A DNA stretch of 64,000 nt from Narcine bancroftii. Lineage: Eukaryota. Below, piece by piece: positions 12,586 to 23,965 of this stretch (position 1 is the stretch's first letter; each line of letters starts with the position of its first letter). A program made the translations under genes and the position numbers. The DNA is taken from assembly GCF_036971445.1 (NCBI RefSeq), contig NC_091471.1, forward strand, positions 199,392,001 through 199,456,000, given 5' to 3'. Under the pieces are notes generated by a model, which did not search any database, was not told where the DNA came from, and saw only the letters and a program-made list of their open reading frames with translations.

Positions 12586-13406
12586 ATAGTTTATATCTTA
12601 ATGCTTAAACATTTTGCTGTTAGAATTAGAAGGCTACTTATTATTATAAAATGGCTGAATCACATAATGTGCCATAAACTGGTTGAACCCATTTTGCAAA
12701 CTCTCCAGAAAACAGGTTGTAGACCTTGTTAAGATAGAGGTAAGTAATGGCTTGCATAAACATAATTAAAATTGAAATAAAACTGGATAAACATCATTAA
12801 AATTGTATAATTCAAGGTAAAGTTGATTATTCACCAGACAATAACACATACCATTCTTTTGTGCAAGATAAACACGAGAAAACAGAGCTGAGAACATGTT
12901 TATTTAATGATAAAATTATGTAATGCAAAGGTGGGGATCACTTCTATCCCTTACCCATTTGAAATTGTATAAATATAACGTGAAATCTTTGCATCTTTGT
13001 AGTGAGAACGAAAGGCTTCAGACAAGTGTGAAAAATGGACCTCTCCTGATGAGCCGTACTCACTTCCCGTAGATGAATGGACCATTACTGAAATAAAGAT
13101 CTGTATGCTTTAAGTGATAGTTTGCTGTGGGTGTGATCTATTCTACTCTCTAATTTCCTGTTAGTGCGGGTTGACTCCCACATACGTATTTAACCCTCAT
13201 GTTCCGAATTGGGAGTTGAGAATGTTTAGTAATGATTTATTTGCACCCAATGTGTGGTTATGTGTGTCATATTCCGGGTTGATCTGTGTGAGTGTGTGCT
13301 TTTTTTTGTGAATTCCCGTGTGTAAATAAAGCCCACTGTTTGTTGATAACACATGTCCAGACTTGATGCTCTTTGAACCCATTTGAACCTATGTTTGAAC
13401 ACAACA

Positions 13407-14062
13407 AATGTTGCCATTAATTTTTGAGAAATAGCATATCAGAGCAAGGTTGTAATGTTGAGACTCTATAAGGCACTGGTGAGACTTCACTTGGAGTAAT
13501 GTGTACAGGCACTGGTGAGACTTCACTTGGAGTAATGTGTACAGGCTTGGGTGTCTTATTTGAGATAAGACGTGCTGGCATTGGAGAGGGTTCAGAGAAG
13601 ATTTACTAGAATTATACCAGGAAAGAAAAGGTTAACATTGAGGAATGTCTTTCGGCTCTTGGACTGTACTCATTGGAGTACAGAAGGATGAGGGGGATTC
13701 ACCCATAGAGGTATTTCAAACACTGAATCGCCTGGACAGAGTAGATGTGGCAAGAATGTTTCCTATGGTAGGGGAGTCTCGGACAAAATGGCACAATCTC
13801 AGGATAAAACAGCATCAATTTAAAACAGAGATGCAAAAAAAAAAATTCTTGAACCAGATGGCCGTGAGTCTGAACTTGTTGCCGCAGGTAGATGCAAGGT
13901 CATTGGGTGTATTTAAGGCAGAAATTGCCAGGTATTTGATTGGTCAGAGCTCCTAGGGTTACGGGTAGAACGCCAGGGAGTGGGGCTGAGTGGGATGATG
14001 GATCAGCTCATGACTAGAATAGCAGAGTAGACTCGATGGCCCTAATTCTCCTCAATCTTGTG
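13407..14062 (+). mobile_element. CR1 3' part with 36-bp tandem duplication (13471-13542)
   Basis: LYKALVR.HLE region duplicated (aggcactggtgagacttcacttggagtaatgtgtac x2); CR1 tail gactcgatggcc. Confidence 0.9.
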
Positions 14063-15412
14063 ATTTTCTGAATATTTTATTTCTGCCTCCATTGCACAAA
14101 AGGGGTTGTGTTGCAATTAAACCATAATCGAATATATCCAAATAAATTCCAAGTGCATAGCTTCTTTTTACTGCATAATCAAACACAATTGCTGATTTAT
14201 TTGTACCATTATGCCTCCACTTAATTCAGATTTTTATTTTCCAAGTGACATGTGCCTCTATTTTCTTAACCAAACGTCAATACTCTCACTTATTTCTGTA
14301 AGATTCATTTGCCAATTTTCTGATAACTCTGCTACAAAGAACATGCATTGTATATTATCAATGTCGTAATGCTCGCTTTGGAAGGTCATATTACCAATAT
14401 AATGGGTCAGTTAGCATTCATTTGAATGAATATAACAGCAATCAATATAAAAGAATCTTATAAACCTCAACATTAAATTTTAGTTTTCATGAACAGCTGA
14501 TAAGGAGTTAATATTGAAAATATAACTTGCTTTGAATGGTGGTGAGCAAGGATATTTATGTGCATGTAAATCAAAATCAGCACTTGTCCAATCTCAGGGA
14601 CATTTTCATAGCATAAGAATAACAGTGAAATTCCCAATGAGATATGCTCACAAGGGTACTAATGGAAAAAGTTTGAGACCATTAAGTTTGAGAAGTTTGC
14701 GTGAAGCGATTAAATAATTCTTTTAAGAAACATCAATTGGAGAAGACAAAGGGAATGGAAGAGAGAGAGGTTTATAGAGGAAATGTCATTGTTCAGTTTT
14801 TTTGCCTTAAAGGAAGTGTTTGTCTCAAACTGATCGAGACGGCATTATGAGTACAACAGCCCTCAGGTAGATCAGCAACAGACTGTAGAGTCTGATTATA
14901 CTCTGAATGCCAGCTGAAGCATGAATGATGGAAAATCAAGAGAGAGTCAATCATTCAACATCTCTTAATAGACCAAAGTGGATCAGGGAAAAAAATTACA
15001 TTCAGTGAAAAAGAATTGATGTGGTCTCAACAACTTTGTAACATTGCCAGGACTACTTGCTTATGCATTGGTAAGAAATTGAGATGGTGCTTCATTTTTA
15101 ACACACAAATTATTGCAAATTGTTTTAAAACATTGATTTATATTATATTCTCAGACAAGATATGATCTCTAATTGCAGCCTTAAGATGATAATCAATTGC
15201 AACTTGCAAACTTGTGTTCAAATCAGACACTTTGTATCGGAAAGAAGTGATTGGCACGGTGACTATAATGGTGGCATGGTGACAATAAATGTAAATGGGC
15301 TAAAGAAAACAGCAATGGAAATAGTGTTGGCATTTGCCAGGGCTGAATAATAATTAAGCGCAGACACTCTCACATCAGCGTCATATAGTATTTTCTGTCT
15401 TAAAGAAAAGGC

Positions 15413-16125
15413 AGGATATTTTGATACCCACATTTTGGTGCTGGACATTTTAGCCCACCTGTCTCACTCACCGACTCACTCCCACCACACTGCCTGAACT
15501 CCCAGCATTGCAGCACTGTCTGAACCCCTGGTGCTGCAGAAATTCGCTCCCCCCCCCACCAGAAAACAGCTCCTCCAGCAAACAAGGGTGATATATTTAA
15601 ATTGTTAAAAACAGTCAGGGAACAATCAGAAACAAGGGCCATGGTAAATTATAATGATATATTTATTGTTTAATTACATATAATGGAATATCATTAATTG
15701 AATTATTATTTGTTTTATATGATTAATTGTATAATAGATGTATTTTTATAAATTTGTATAGTAAATATAACAATAAATTCAAAAAAATTGCTTTCTTCTC
15801 ACGATGGATGCAGGGTTACAAATGGCCCTTGTTTTTGATTGTTCCCCAACTTTTTAAAATAATTTAAATATATTATTATCAGCTACAAAAAGCCCTTGTT
15901 TACCAGAGGAGTGGTTTCCTGGGGGAAGGGAGTTTCTGAAACACTGGGGGTTCAGGCAGTGCTGCAACACCAGGCAGTGTGGTGGGACCTCAGCCAACAG
16001 ATGGTGAGTAGGTTGAGGAGCAGGGCCAAAATGTTCAGTGGCAAACCATGGGCCCAAAATGTCCGAAGGGCTACAAAAGTCATTTTTTTCCACCAAAATA
16101 TCCGGCTCCAAAATGTCGGATTCTG
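15413..16125. mobile_element. Foldback/MITE-like element with long imperfect inverted arms
   Basis: 15413-15648 is an inverted homolog of about 15815-16125 (cccaccacactgcctg, gcagcactg.ctgaacccc, aaacaaggg); AT-rich spacer; repeated ggacatttt motifs. Confidence 0.75.
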
Positions 16126-16698
16126 AAAAAAAGCAGCACGCAAGTATATTGGTGGCAATGGTTATTGGTTAAAGTTGATGCATTGAAGCCAATTAATTAA
16201 GTTTGCTGGAGGTAATAAACATCTGAGAGAGAATAAATAATAAAAGGAAGGATTTTTAGTCCCAGTATTTCAAAGCAAGTGAAATCTAGCCTACAAAAAT
16301 TAATCTCCTAATGAAGTCCTTCCATTTTCAACAGATTTTTTGATTCTTATAAAATGCTGTCGATATGACTGAGGTGAAGGAATGCACTTCAAGAATTAAG
16401 GAAGAACCTTTTCACTGCTTTTAATGCAGGGCAGTAGATTACATTTCCAGCCTATACCACTACTCAGCATCACAAATAATCCACAGTTTTTGGTCCTTAC
16501 TCCCACCAGATCCCCAAATCTACTGATTCATTCTTTTGAGTTTAAAGACCTATTGCCTACTCTCCTTAATAAACATACACAATGACATTGTCTCTGGACC
16601 AGAAAAGTCAAAAACTTCCTCACAGTTTAAATGAAGAAATATTTCTTCACTTCAGTGCTGAACGGCAGACCAAATTCATCCATTCTAGCTACTCCCCC

Positions 16699-16871
16699 TG
16701 TCACATTTGTGGCCCGAAATGTGAAGTTAATAAAACATTAAACACAAGTTTTATCAGGTAAACTTCTTAGTGGCTTTATTTTCCCGATTCCTTTGTTCTC
16801 CTGCTTGTGTTCTTAACTCCCTCATACCACGTGACTTTCGGTACATCTCATACATATTCATAATCATGACA
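16699..16871 (-). repeat. Gypsy 3' LTR (PPT ttaaaggaggga adjacent)
   Basis: Direct repeat of 21276-21452 with about 6 substitutions and one indel. Confidence 0.97.
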
Positions 16872-17047
16872 TCCCTCCTTTAATCAGAAATAAACTTTAC
16901 CTTCAATTACCAATATCCCTCGGAAACATACAAACATCGTAACTAATGGTAATACTATAACTCAACTACATAAAATTTACTTCCTACAGCATTCATACAT
17001 GCACTTTATGACAAGATTAAAATACTGTCCCAAAGTTCTTATTAAAA

Positions 17048-20000
17048 CTATGACACAAAGTCTTCATATCGTTTGGACACTTTCCGGTTTCGTTTCGGCC
17101 TGCCTGTGATATTGTCGTCGCCTCTCGGTTGCTCACTCTCGGCGTCAGAAATACTGCTCGCCACGGCTTCGGGTGTTTCTGGCGCTCGAGTCACTTCATC
17201 AGGAGTGCTGGTAACTACCTCTGGAACATCATCAGGTCTCTCAGTTTCAGCATCTCGTATTGGCCTTTCAACCTCTTCACTCGATATATCTCTGGACTGG
17301 TACCTATTTACACCTGATACATTTCTCTTATACAGGACTCCAGTCGGAGACTTGACTGTCACCATACTGCCACTTCTGGATACGACAGTATAGGGTTGAT
17401 GGTAATAAGGTGTGTCTAGCTTACCACCAGTTTCATGCCTCACTAGAACATTATCTCCTGGCATGATGTCTGAGTACTTGGCTCCACGTTTCGAATCTGT
17501 GTACAGCTTTGCTGCACCTTTCTTTTCAGCATTGTGGTCCCTCATCTCCTGGTCGTCTTAGATTTCCTTTATTTCTGGCATTTTGGTGCGGATTTTTCTC
17601 CCAAAAAATGCTTCTGCAGGACTTTTTCCAGTGGTTGCATGAGGCGTTGCTCGATAGACAGCCACATAAGATAGCAATGCTTCTCACCAATTTTGTCCTT
17701 CTGCGTGTGCAATCCTCAATCGTTTTTCAATGGACTGATTTTGTCTCTCTACTTCTCCATTGGCTTGCAGCCATTTCGGAGTTACTTTATAATGGTGGAT
17801 ACCTGTGGTCCTCATGTATTCCGCAAATGTCTTTGAAATGAATTGTGGACCATTGTCAGAGAATAATGTAACAGGTAATCCATATCTTGCGAATATCTCT
17901 GCTAACGCTTGTATTGTTTTTTCAGTGGTTGTGGACTTCAACACCACGTACTCATAGTATCTGCTGTAGTAATCTATCACTACCATAATTGATTCACCCG
18001 TCGGTAAAGGTCCAAGAAAATCAACAGCTACGTCGATCCATGGTCCTGTCGGGAGTTGCGTACTCCGGATCGGTTCTGGCGGATTACTCCTACTTGTGAT
18101 TTGACATCCGTGACAAGTTTTAACAAATTTCTCTGCGTCTTTATCACAACCTGGCCACCATACCTTGGTTCTGAGGTTTTGCTTGGTACCAACAATACCT
18201 AGGTGTCCTTCATGCGCTAAGGATACGATCTTCGGTCTCAATCTTTGCGGTATCACCAATCTGCAACCTCTTAATACACACTGTCCGATGCAACAAAGTT
18301 CGTCTCTAATGGGAATGTAAGCCTTGTGAGTACACTTGTCCCATTGTCAACTCTGTATGCATTCTCTTACTTCCATGAATTTTGGATCACGTTCGGATTC
18401 TTTCTCGACTTCCTTCGTAGTCACAGCTTTCGGTGTCACCTGAATAGCTACGAAGCGTACAAAGCTCTCTGTTTCTGTTCCCAATTCTGACTTGGAATGT
18501 GGACATCCATCCTTCACCAATCTGGACAGCGGATCAGCAATGTTTGCTTTCCCTGCAATGTGGATTACTTTATATTTGTAGGGTTGTAGTCTGAGTACCC
18601 ATCTCTCTATTATGGCACATGGTTTGGATCTAGTTGCATAGATCACCTCTAATGGCTTATGATCTGTGATGAGTTCAAATTCAATGCCGTATAAATATGC
18701 ATGGAACCTCTCACAGGCCCATACAAGTCCGAGTGCTTCTTTCTCTGTCTGAGAGTATCTTCTTTCCACATCTGATAACGATCTGCTGGCATAGGCAATG
18801 ATTCTTGGTCCTCTGTCATGCATCTGGACCAACACGGCTCCTAAACCAACCGGGCTGGCATCCGCTATGACTTTGGTTGATGCCGCCGGATCGTAATATC
18901 CAAGAGTTTTTGCATCTGTCAGGTTTTGCTTCAGCGCTGTGAACGCTTTCTTCTGCTCAGATCCAAAATGAAATGGTATACCTTTCCTGGTTAGTTTCCT
19001 TAGTGGTTCTGCCACTGTAGCGAAATTAGGAATGAACTTTGCACAAAAATTGACCAATCCCAGGAAACTCCTCACCTCTGTTGCGTTCTGAGGTGCACGT
19101 GCCTCTGCAATAGCTTTCACCTTGGCCTCTGCAGAGTTTAGTCCTTCCCGTGTAAGTCTGTGTCCGATGAAGTCCATTTCTGACACACCGAACTGGCACT
19201 TGTTTCCATTCACGGTAAGGCCTGCCTCCTGTAGTCTAGATAGTACACGCCTCAACCGTTTGTCATGCTCTTCCTTCGTTGGTGCATGGACTATGATGTC
19301 GTCAGAAATGTTGGCAACTCCAGGAATGCCTTGAATCACTCGATGGATTTCATACTGGTAGATCTCCGAAGCTGCATTAATTCCAAATGATAGTCTCTTG
19401 TAACGATACAATCCACAGTGAGTCACAAATGTTGTTACATCTCGGGAACCTGGATCCAGCTCTAATTGATGATAGTCCCATATCAGATCAATTTTTGAGA
19501 ATACCTTGCTGGTAGTTAGTTCTTGAAGTATTTCCTCCATTGTTGGTATAGGGTGTCGTTCTCTAATTATAGCTTCATTGGCCATTCTCATGTCAACACA
19601 TAGTCTTATGTCACCCTTTGGTTTGGGCACAATCACTACTGGGACTGACCCATTGTGTCGAATGTTCCACAGGTTCAATAATGTCTTGTTCGATCAATTC
19701 TTTAATTTTGGCTTCGACTTTCCCACGAAGTCCAAACGGAGTTCGGCGCATTGATTGTGCCTTAGGTTTGACTGTTTCATCTACCGCTAGCTTCAATTGT
19801 CGACCTTTCAGCTTTCCTACTCCTTGAAAGACTGTGGGGAATTCTTGCTTCATATCCTCGTATGACTGAATTTAATTGACACAAGCTCAAATATGAAGTA
19901 TTGCCAGGTCTTGCGCTGTGCTTCTACTCAGCAATGGTTCTCCCCTCTCTTCTATGACCATAAACTCTGCTTCAGTGTACTTATCTCCAGCTTCAACAGT

Positions 20001-21145
20001 TGCAGTAAAACATCCAATGGTTTGCAATGGCTTGGTTGCTGTGTATGGATACAGTTTCTTGGAACACTTCTTTGAGGTACAGATGATCTTTTTCCTTTTC
20101 AACTTCTCCCATAAATGTCGATCAATCACATTACTGTCACTGCCTGAGTCTACAATGACCTGCACTGTCACTCCACCAATGATCACTGGGACCTTCTCAT
20201 GATGTCCTTCATTCAACGTAAATTGGTAACAACTCTGTTCCTCCTGGGTATCATCATCGTCACCGTCTATCTGGCGAATGGTATCTTTCTTTCCAGGATA
20301 CTTTCCTTTCCCCCAGGCTTTGCCTTTGGAAGTTGTACTCTTCCTCTTCTGGTCTGCATTGGACTTGCTTTTGCACTTCTTTGCAAAGTGGTCCTTACCT
20401 CCACACTTTCTGCAAACTTTGCCTTTGGTCGGGCAATATGGGTCTTTTCCAAAGTGACCTCGGTTTCCACATCGATAACAATCCACATCCTGTGTCGACG
20501 TATATCTTGGCTGGTTATGGCGATGTGAGAGCCTCTTATTTGCTGGCTTGAGTTGTCTTTTAGGGTCATGGTATGAAATTGCCCTTCAACAGCCTCTAAT
20601 GCAGCAGCAATAGCTAAAGCATCAGTGAGTTCCAACTCACTCCCTCTTTCCAGTAGACGTCTTCTGAGTTTATCTGATCTACAGTGCTGTACGACTTGAT
20701 CCAGTAATTGGTTGTCCAAATCAGCTGGCATGTAATTGCATCTAACAGCTAGTTGGCGTAGTCTCGTCACGTACTGAGCAATTGTCTGGCCATCTTCTTG
20801 TCTCGTTCTCCGAAACAAATGGCGTTGAAATGTAGCATTCGGTGTCACTACATAGTGTGCATTTAATGCATCTACCGCTTTCCGGTACTCATCCTTTCTT
20901 CCAGTATTCAAAAGTGTCTTAAATGTTTCCCGAACTGCGGGTCCAGCAGTGAAAAGAAGTAACACCTTTCTCTGCGCTTTTTGTTCAACTGTACCGGTAT
21001 CTAGAAATAGGCCACGACTGTCGGCGTAGGATTCAAATTCTTCCAGCCATGCCTTCCACTTCACACTTACAGTACTTGCATCACCCGTTGGGTCAAAATG
21101 AGCAATTCCACTATGTGTTAGAAAGTCACCGTCTGCACCAGCCAT
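17048..21145 (-). pseudogene. Gypsy gag-pol, broken by frameshifts and stops
   Basis: Zinc knuckles CYRCGNRGH and CRKCGGKDHFAKKC; protease VDSGS; RT ISDDII; RNase H ADASPVGLG...TDHKPL; integrase HEGH..CHGC, DFLGP, SDNGPQF, NGEVER. Confidence 0.95.
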
Positions 21146-21260
21146 GAGGAAATATTCCAGCCCCAAAAGTACTGAGTCAAAGAGAAAATTCTTATCACCT
21201 TGAAGTTGTCTGTAAACATCTGTAATCTTGTTTAGTCTTTAATTTTCTTCAAGCTTCTTT

Positions 21261-21274
21261 CATCCTCGTCGCCA
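21261..21274 (-). promoter_or_regulatory. Primer-binding site complementary to tRNA-Ser(GCT) 3' end
   Basis: TGGCGACGAGGATG lies 1 nt downstream of the 5' LTR; vertebrate tRNA-Ser(GCT) ends CATCCTCGTCGCCA. Confidence 0.85.
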
Positions 21275-21275
21275 A

Positions 21276-21452
21276 TGTCACATTTGTGGCCCGAAATGTG
21301 AAGTTAATAAAACATTAAACACAAGTTTTATCAGGTAAACTTCTTCGTGGCTTTATTTTCCCGTTTCCTTTGTTCTCCTGCTTGTGTTCTTATCTCTCTC
21401 TCTCATACCACGTGACTTCCGGTACATCTCATACATATTCATTATCATGACA
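21276..21452 (-). repeat. Gypsy 5' LTR
   Basis: Direct repeat of 16699-16871. Confidence 0.97.
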
Positions 21453-23138
21453 CCCCCCTCAGTGACCAAAATATCAATAATCATTCTTGAACAATTGATG
21501 TCTCCTGATGTAAAGTATTTCAAAGATTTACAATGAGCTGAGTAAGAAAGTTTCTTCTCATCTTAGTCTCATAAAAGCCACATAATTACTTGACATGAAT
21601 CACCCAGAAATAGGTTCACCAGCTGGAGGCAATGGTATCTCAGCTTTTCTGATTGGTTGTGATACCTGTATGTTAACTTTATGTTCACAAGAACATTCAA
21701 AATCCTATGGTCATCAATTTCATAGCTTTTTTACTATTTAATATGCATTCATCAAACTAAAACAAATAGACTCGTATTTCACTCCATTATACTCCTCCTG
21801 CCAACCTTTTGCTCCTCACTTTTTTCTGGGGCCTCCAGTTTGTTCCTATTGTTCGAAATGTACTAGAGGTGTAAGTTAATTAGGAATAAATTGGGTGGCA
21901 CAGTTTCGTAGGCCGAAATAGCCTGTTGCTGTGCTGTAGGTCTAAATACATAAAACTGCCAGCATAAATAAGGAGGTAGTTCAGAAATAATTTTGAGTGT
22001 CACAACTAAATTTAACCTCCAGGATTTCAAAATGGCATTGAAGTATAAAAATATGATCCAGGACCACCAATTTAGAATTCTGAAACAATAATACGGGAAT
22101 TTAGAGATATAGCAATGGTAACTGGCACATCCAGCCCACAAGCTCATGCTGCCCAAATATACCAAATTTATCTGCAAATCCAACTTGTTTTTGGAAGGTG
22201 AGGGGAAACCGGAGCACCTGAAAATAACCCCTGCAGATTTTAACCTGGGTTGCTGGAATAACATTCTGCTACTCACTCTGCTAACCATTTCACAACTTCT
22301 CGACAAAACAGGATGAGAAACTGTAATCATTAAAAGAGAATTAAAATAGAAAATGAGTTACTGTATATGGAAATTCACTTGGCTGTCTGGAAAGAGTGTG
22401 GGACAATTTATTTTTGTAAAAAAAAAGTTTGTTACTGAGTGGAACAATATTACAATAATTTCCAAGTTGAGTTATAATATTTGGACCGTGTGCCTCGGCT
22501 CATGACATGCACTTGAATAGAAGATGCATTTTCTATGTCAGATGCGCATTCAATAGCAGCACTCACAAAAGTTGCTTTAATGTTGTTAGCAAAATTAATC
22601 CACACGGTTCTGAGATGCAGGCATCTTTGGATGTTTTCATAACATGCGGCTTCTTTTCTAAACTTTCATCACCCCGATTTAAAGGGTGCTTTCCTGGGAA
22701 TAGCTGAATCAGAATGAATCCCGTTTATTTATTTGCTACCCTTAGGAATCCAACCACACCAATACCAGGTTCCTGACCCCTACAACAACCCATGGTCCTC
22801 TCACTCCAATATTTTGTCCAAAGCCCTGATCGGTCTTGCATCCCAGATCACAGTCCTCAGAAGTAGCATCTTCCCAGGCCATGATCCTTGTAAACAACTT
22901 CTCTTCCAAGTCCCAGATTTGATAAACTTAAGCACCTATTCTCCAACATCTCAGCCCCAACCTCTCCAGATAAAATCTGACCTGCAGCCCATGATCTAAT
23001 TTGATGACTTCAAGTTCCAATTTTTTACAAAAACTCCTCCTCCAGGCCCGAATCACAGAAGTTAACCAATTTCTTCAAGCCTAGCCACAGACCTCTGCCG
23101 TGATTCCTATAACTCCAATCCTATAAAGCCCCAATTTG

Positions 23139-23376
23139 TTTTAGCATACAGCACTGTAACAGGCCATTTTGGCCCACGAGTCTATGTTGCCCAAATTACA
23201 CCCAATTAACCTACACTCCCAGGTACATTTCGAAAGGTGGGAGAAAACTGGAGCTCCTGGCAAAAACCTACGCAGTCATGAGGAAAACATACAAACTCTT
23301 TAATCAGCTCCCGATTTGAACCCCAGTCCTAATCGCTGGGGCTGCTGCATTAACCGATACACCAACCGTGCCGCCC
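23139..23376 (-). mobile_element. HE1-type tRNA-derived V-SINE
   Basis: Reverse complement begins gggcggcacggttggtgta; V-domain ttttctcccacc; CR1-like tail; ccccaat on both flanks. Confidence 0.85.
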
Positions 23377-23599
23377 CAATCTGACAACTCTGGGCCTTAC
23401 TCTCCCATCAACCTCCAGACATGGCCCAGTCAGGATTTTTTTCCATTCATGCATTCTATAAAGGCACAGTGCACGTAAAGAATTGGTCTTAACCATTTAT
23501 GATTACTATTTAACAGTGCAAGGCACCTTGTGCTCTAGGCACTACAAACACTTACTACAACTGTGCAAGTGCCAAGAATTTCTAATCTGTTGTCCGTTT

Positions 23600-23965
23600 T
23601 CATCTGGAATTAGCAGGAACATTCACCAAGTCAGAAGACAAAGGTTCAAGTGCCCTTCCAGCGAAGTAAACACAAAAGTTTTGGATGGATACTCAGAGCA
23701 AGTCCAGGTGAGAACTGACACCACTGAAGGTGCCATCTTTAAAAGTAAGCAATTCAATTTGGCTCTTTTGGTGAACGTACAATCTTCCATGGCAATATTT
23801 CGAAGATGAGCTGTGCTGTGATGAAGTGTCCTATTATTAATGATCATTCAATCGAGATTGCTATAACAAATTATCTGTTGATTATTGCATGGAAGTACAG
23901 GGTTTCTCATTGTGCACGAATTGCTTCTTGCGACAGTACCAGCGACTTCACTTCAAAAGTACTTG
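23600..23965 (+). mobile_element. Ancient Deu-domain SINE remnant (SacSINE/AmnSINE-like)
   Basis: gtcagaag..ggttcaagt.cc..ccag head, gaaggtgccatcttt, and 3' acttcaaaagtactt resemble recalled DeuSINE consensus; highly diverged. Confidence 0.55.

Larger units (their letters stand above)
6906..13406 (+). mobile_element. Solo LTR (about 6906-7345 plus 13160-13406) disrupted by later insertions
   Basis: Starts TGTAA, ends CAACA; 5-bp TSD aatgt at 6901-6905 and 13407-13411; AATAAA about 80 bp before the end; flanks rejoin as continuous CR1. Confidence 0.75.
16699..21452 (-). mobile_element. Full-length Ty3/Gypsy (Mag-like) LTR retrotransposon
   Basis: Two TG...CA LTRs, ccccc TSD (16694-16698 and 21453-21457), PBS, PPT, and gag-PR-RT-RH-IN order. 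Confidence 0.97.

Noticed and set aside
13002-13063. GAAA...CTGATGA with a nearby 9-bp inverted repeat, suggesting a type II hammerhead
   Set aside because: Stem II pairs out of register with the core and there is no room for stem I.
14190-14320. Similarity to 1880-1902 plus 3054-3160 as a segmental duplication
   Set aside because: Both look like old CR1 fragments and the similarity does not extend into the flanks.
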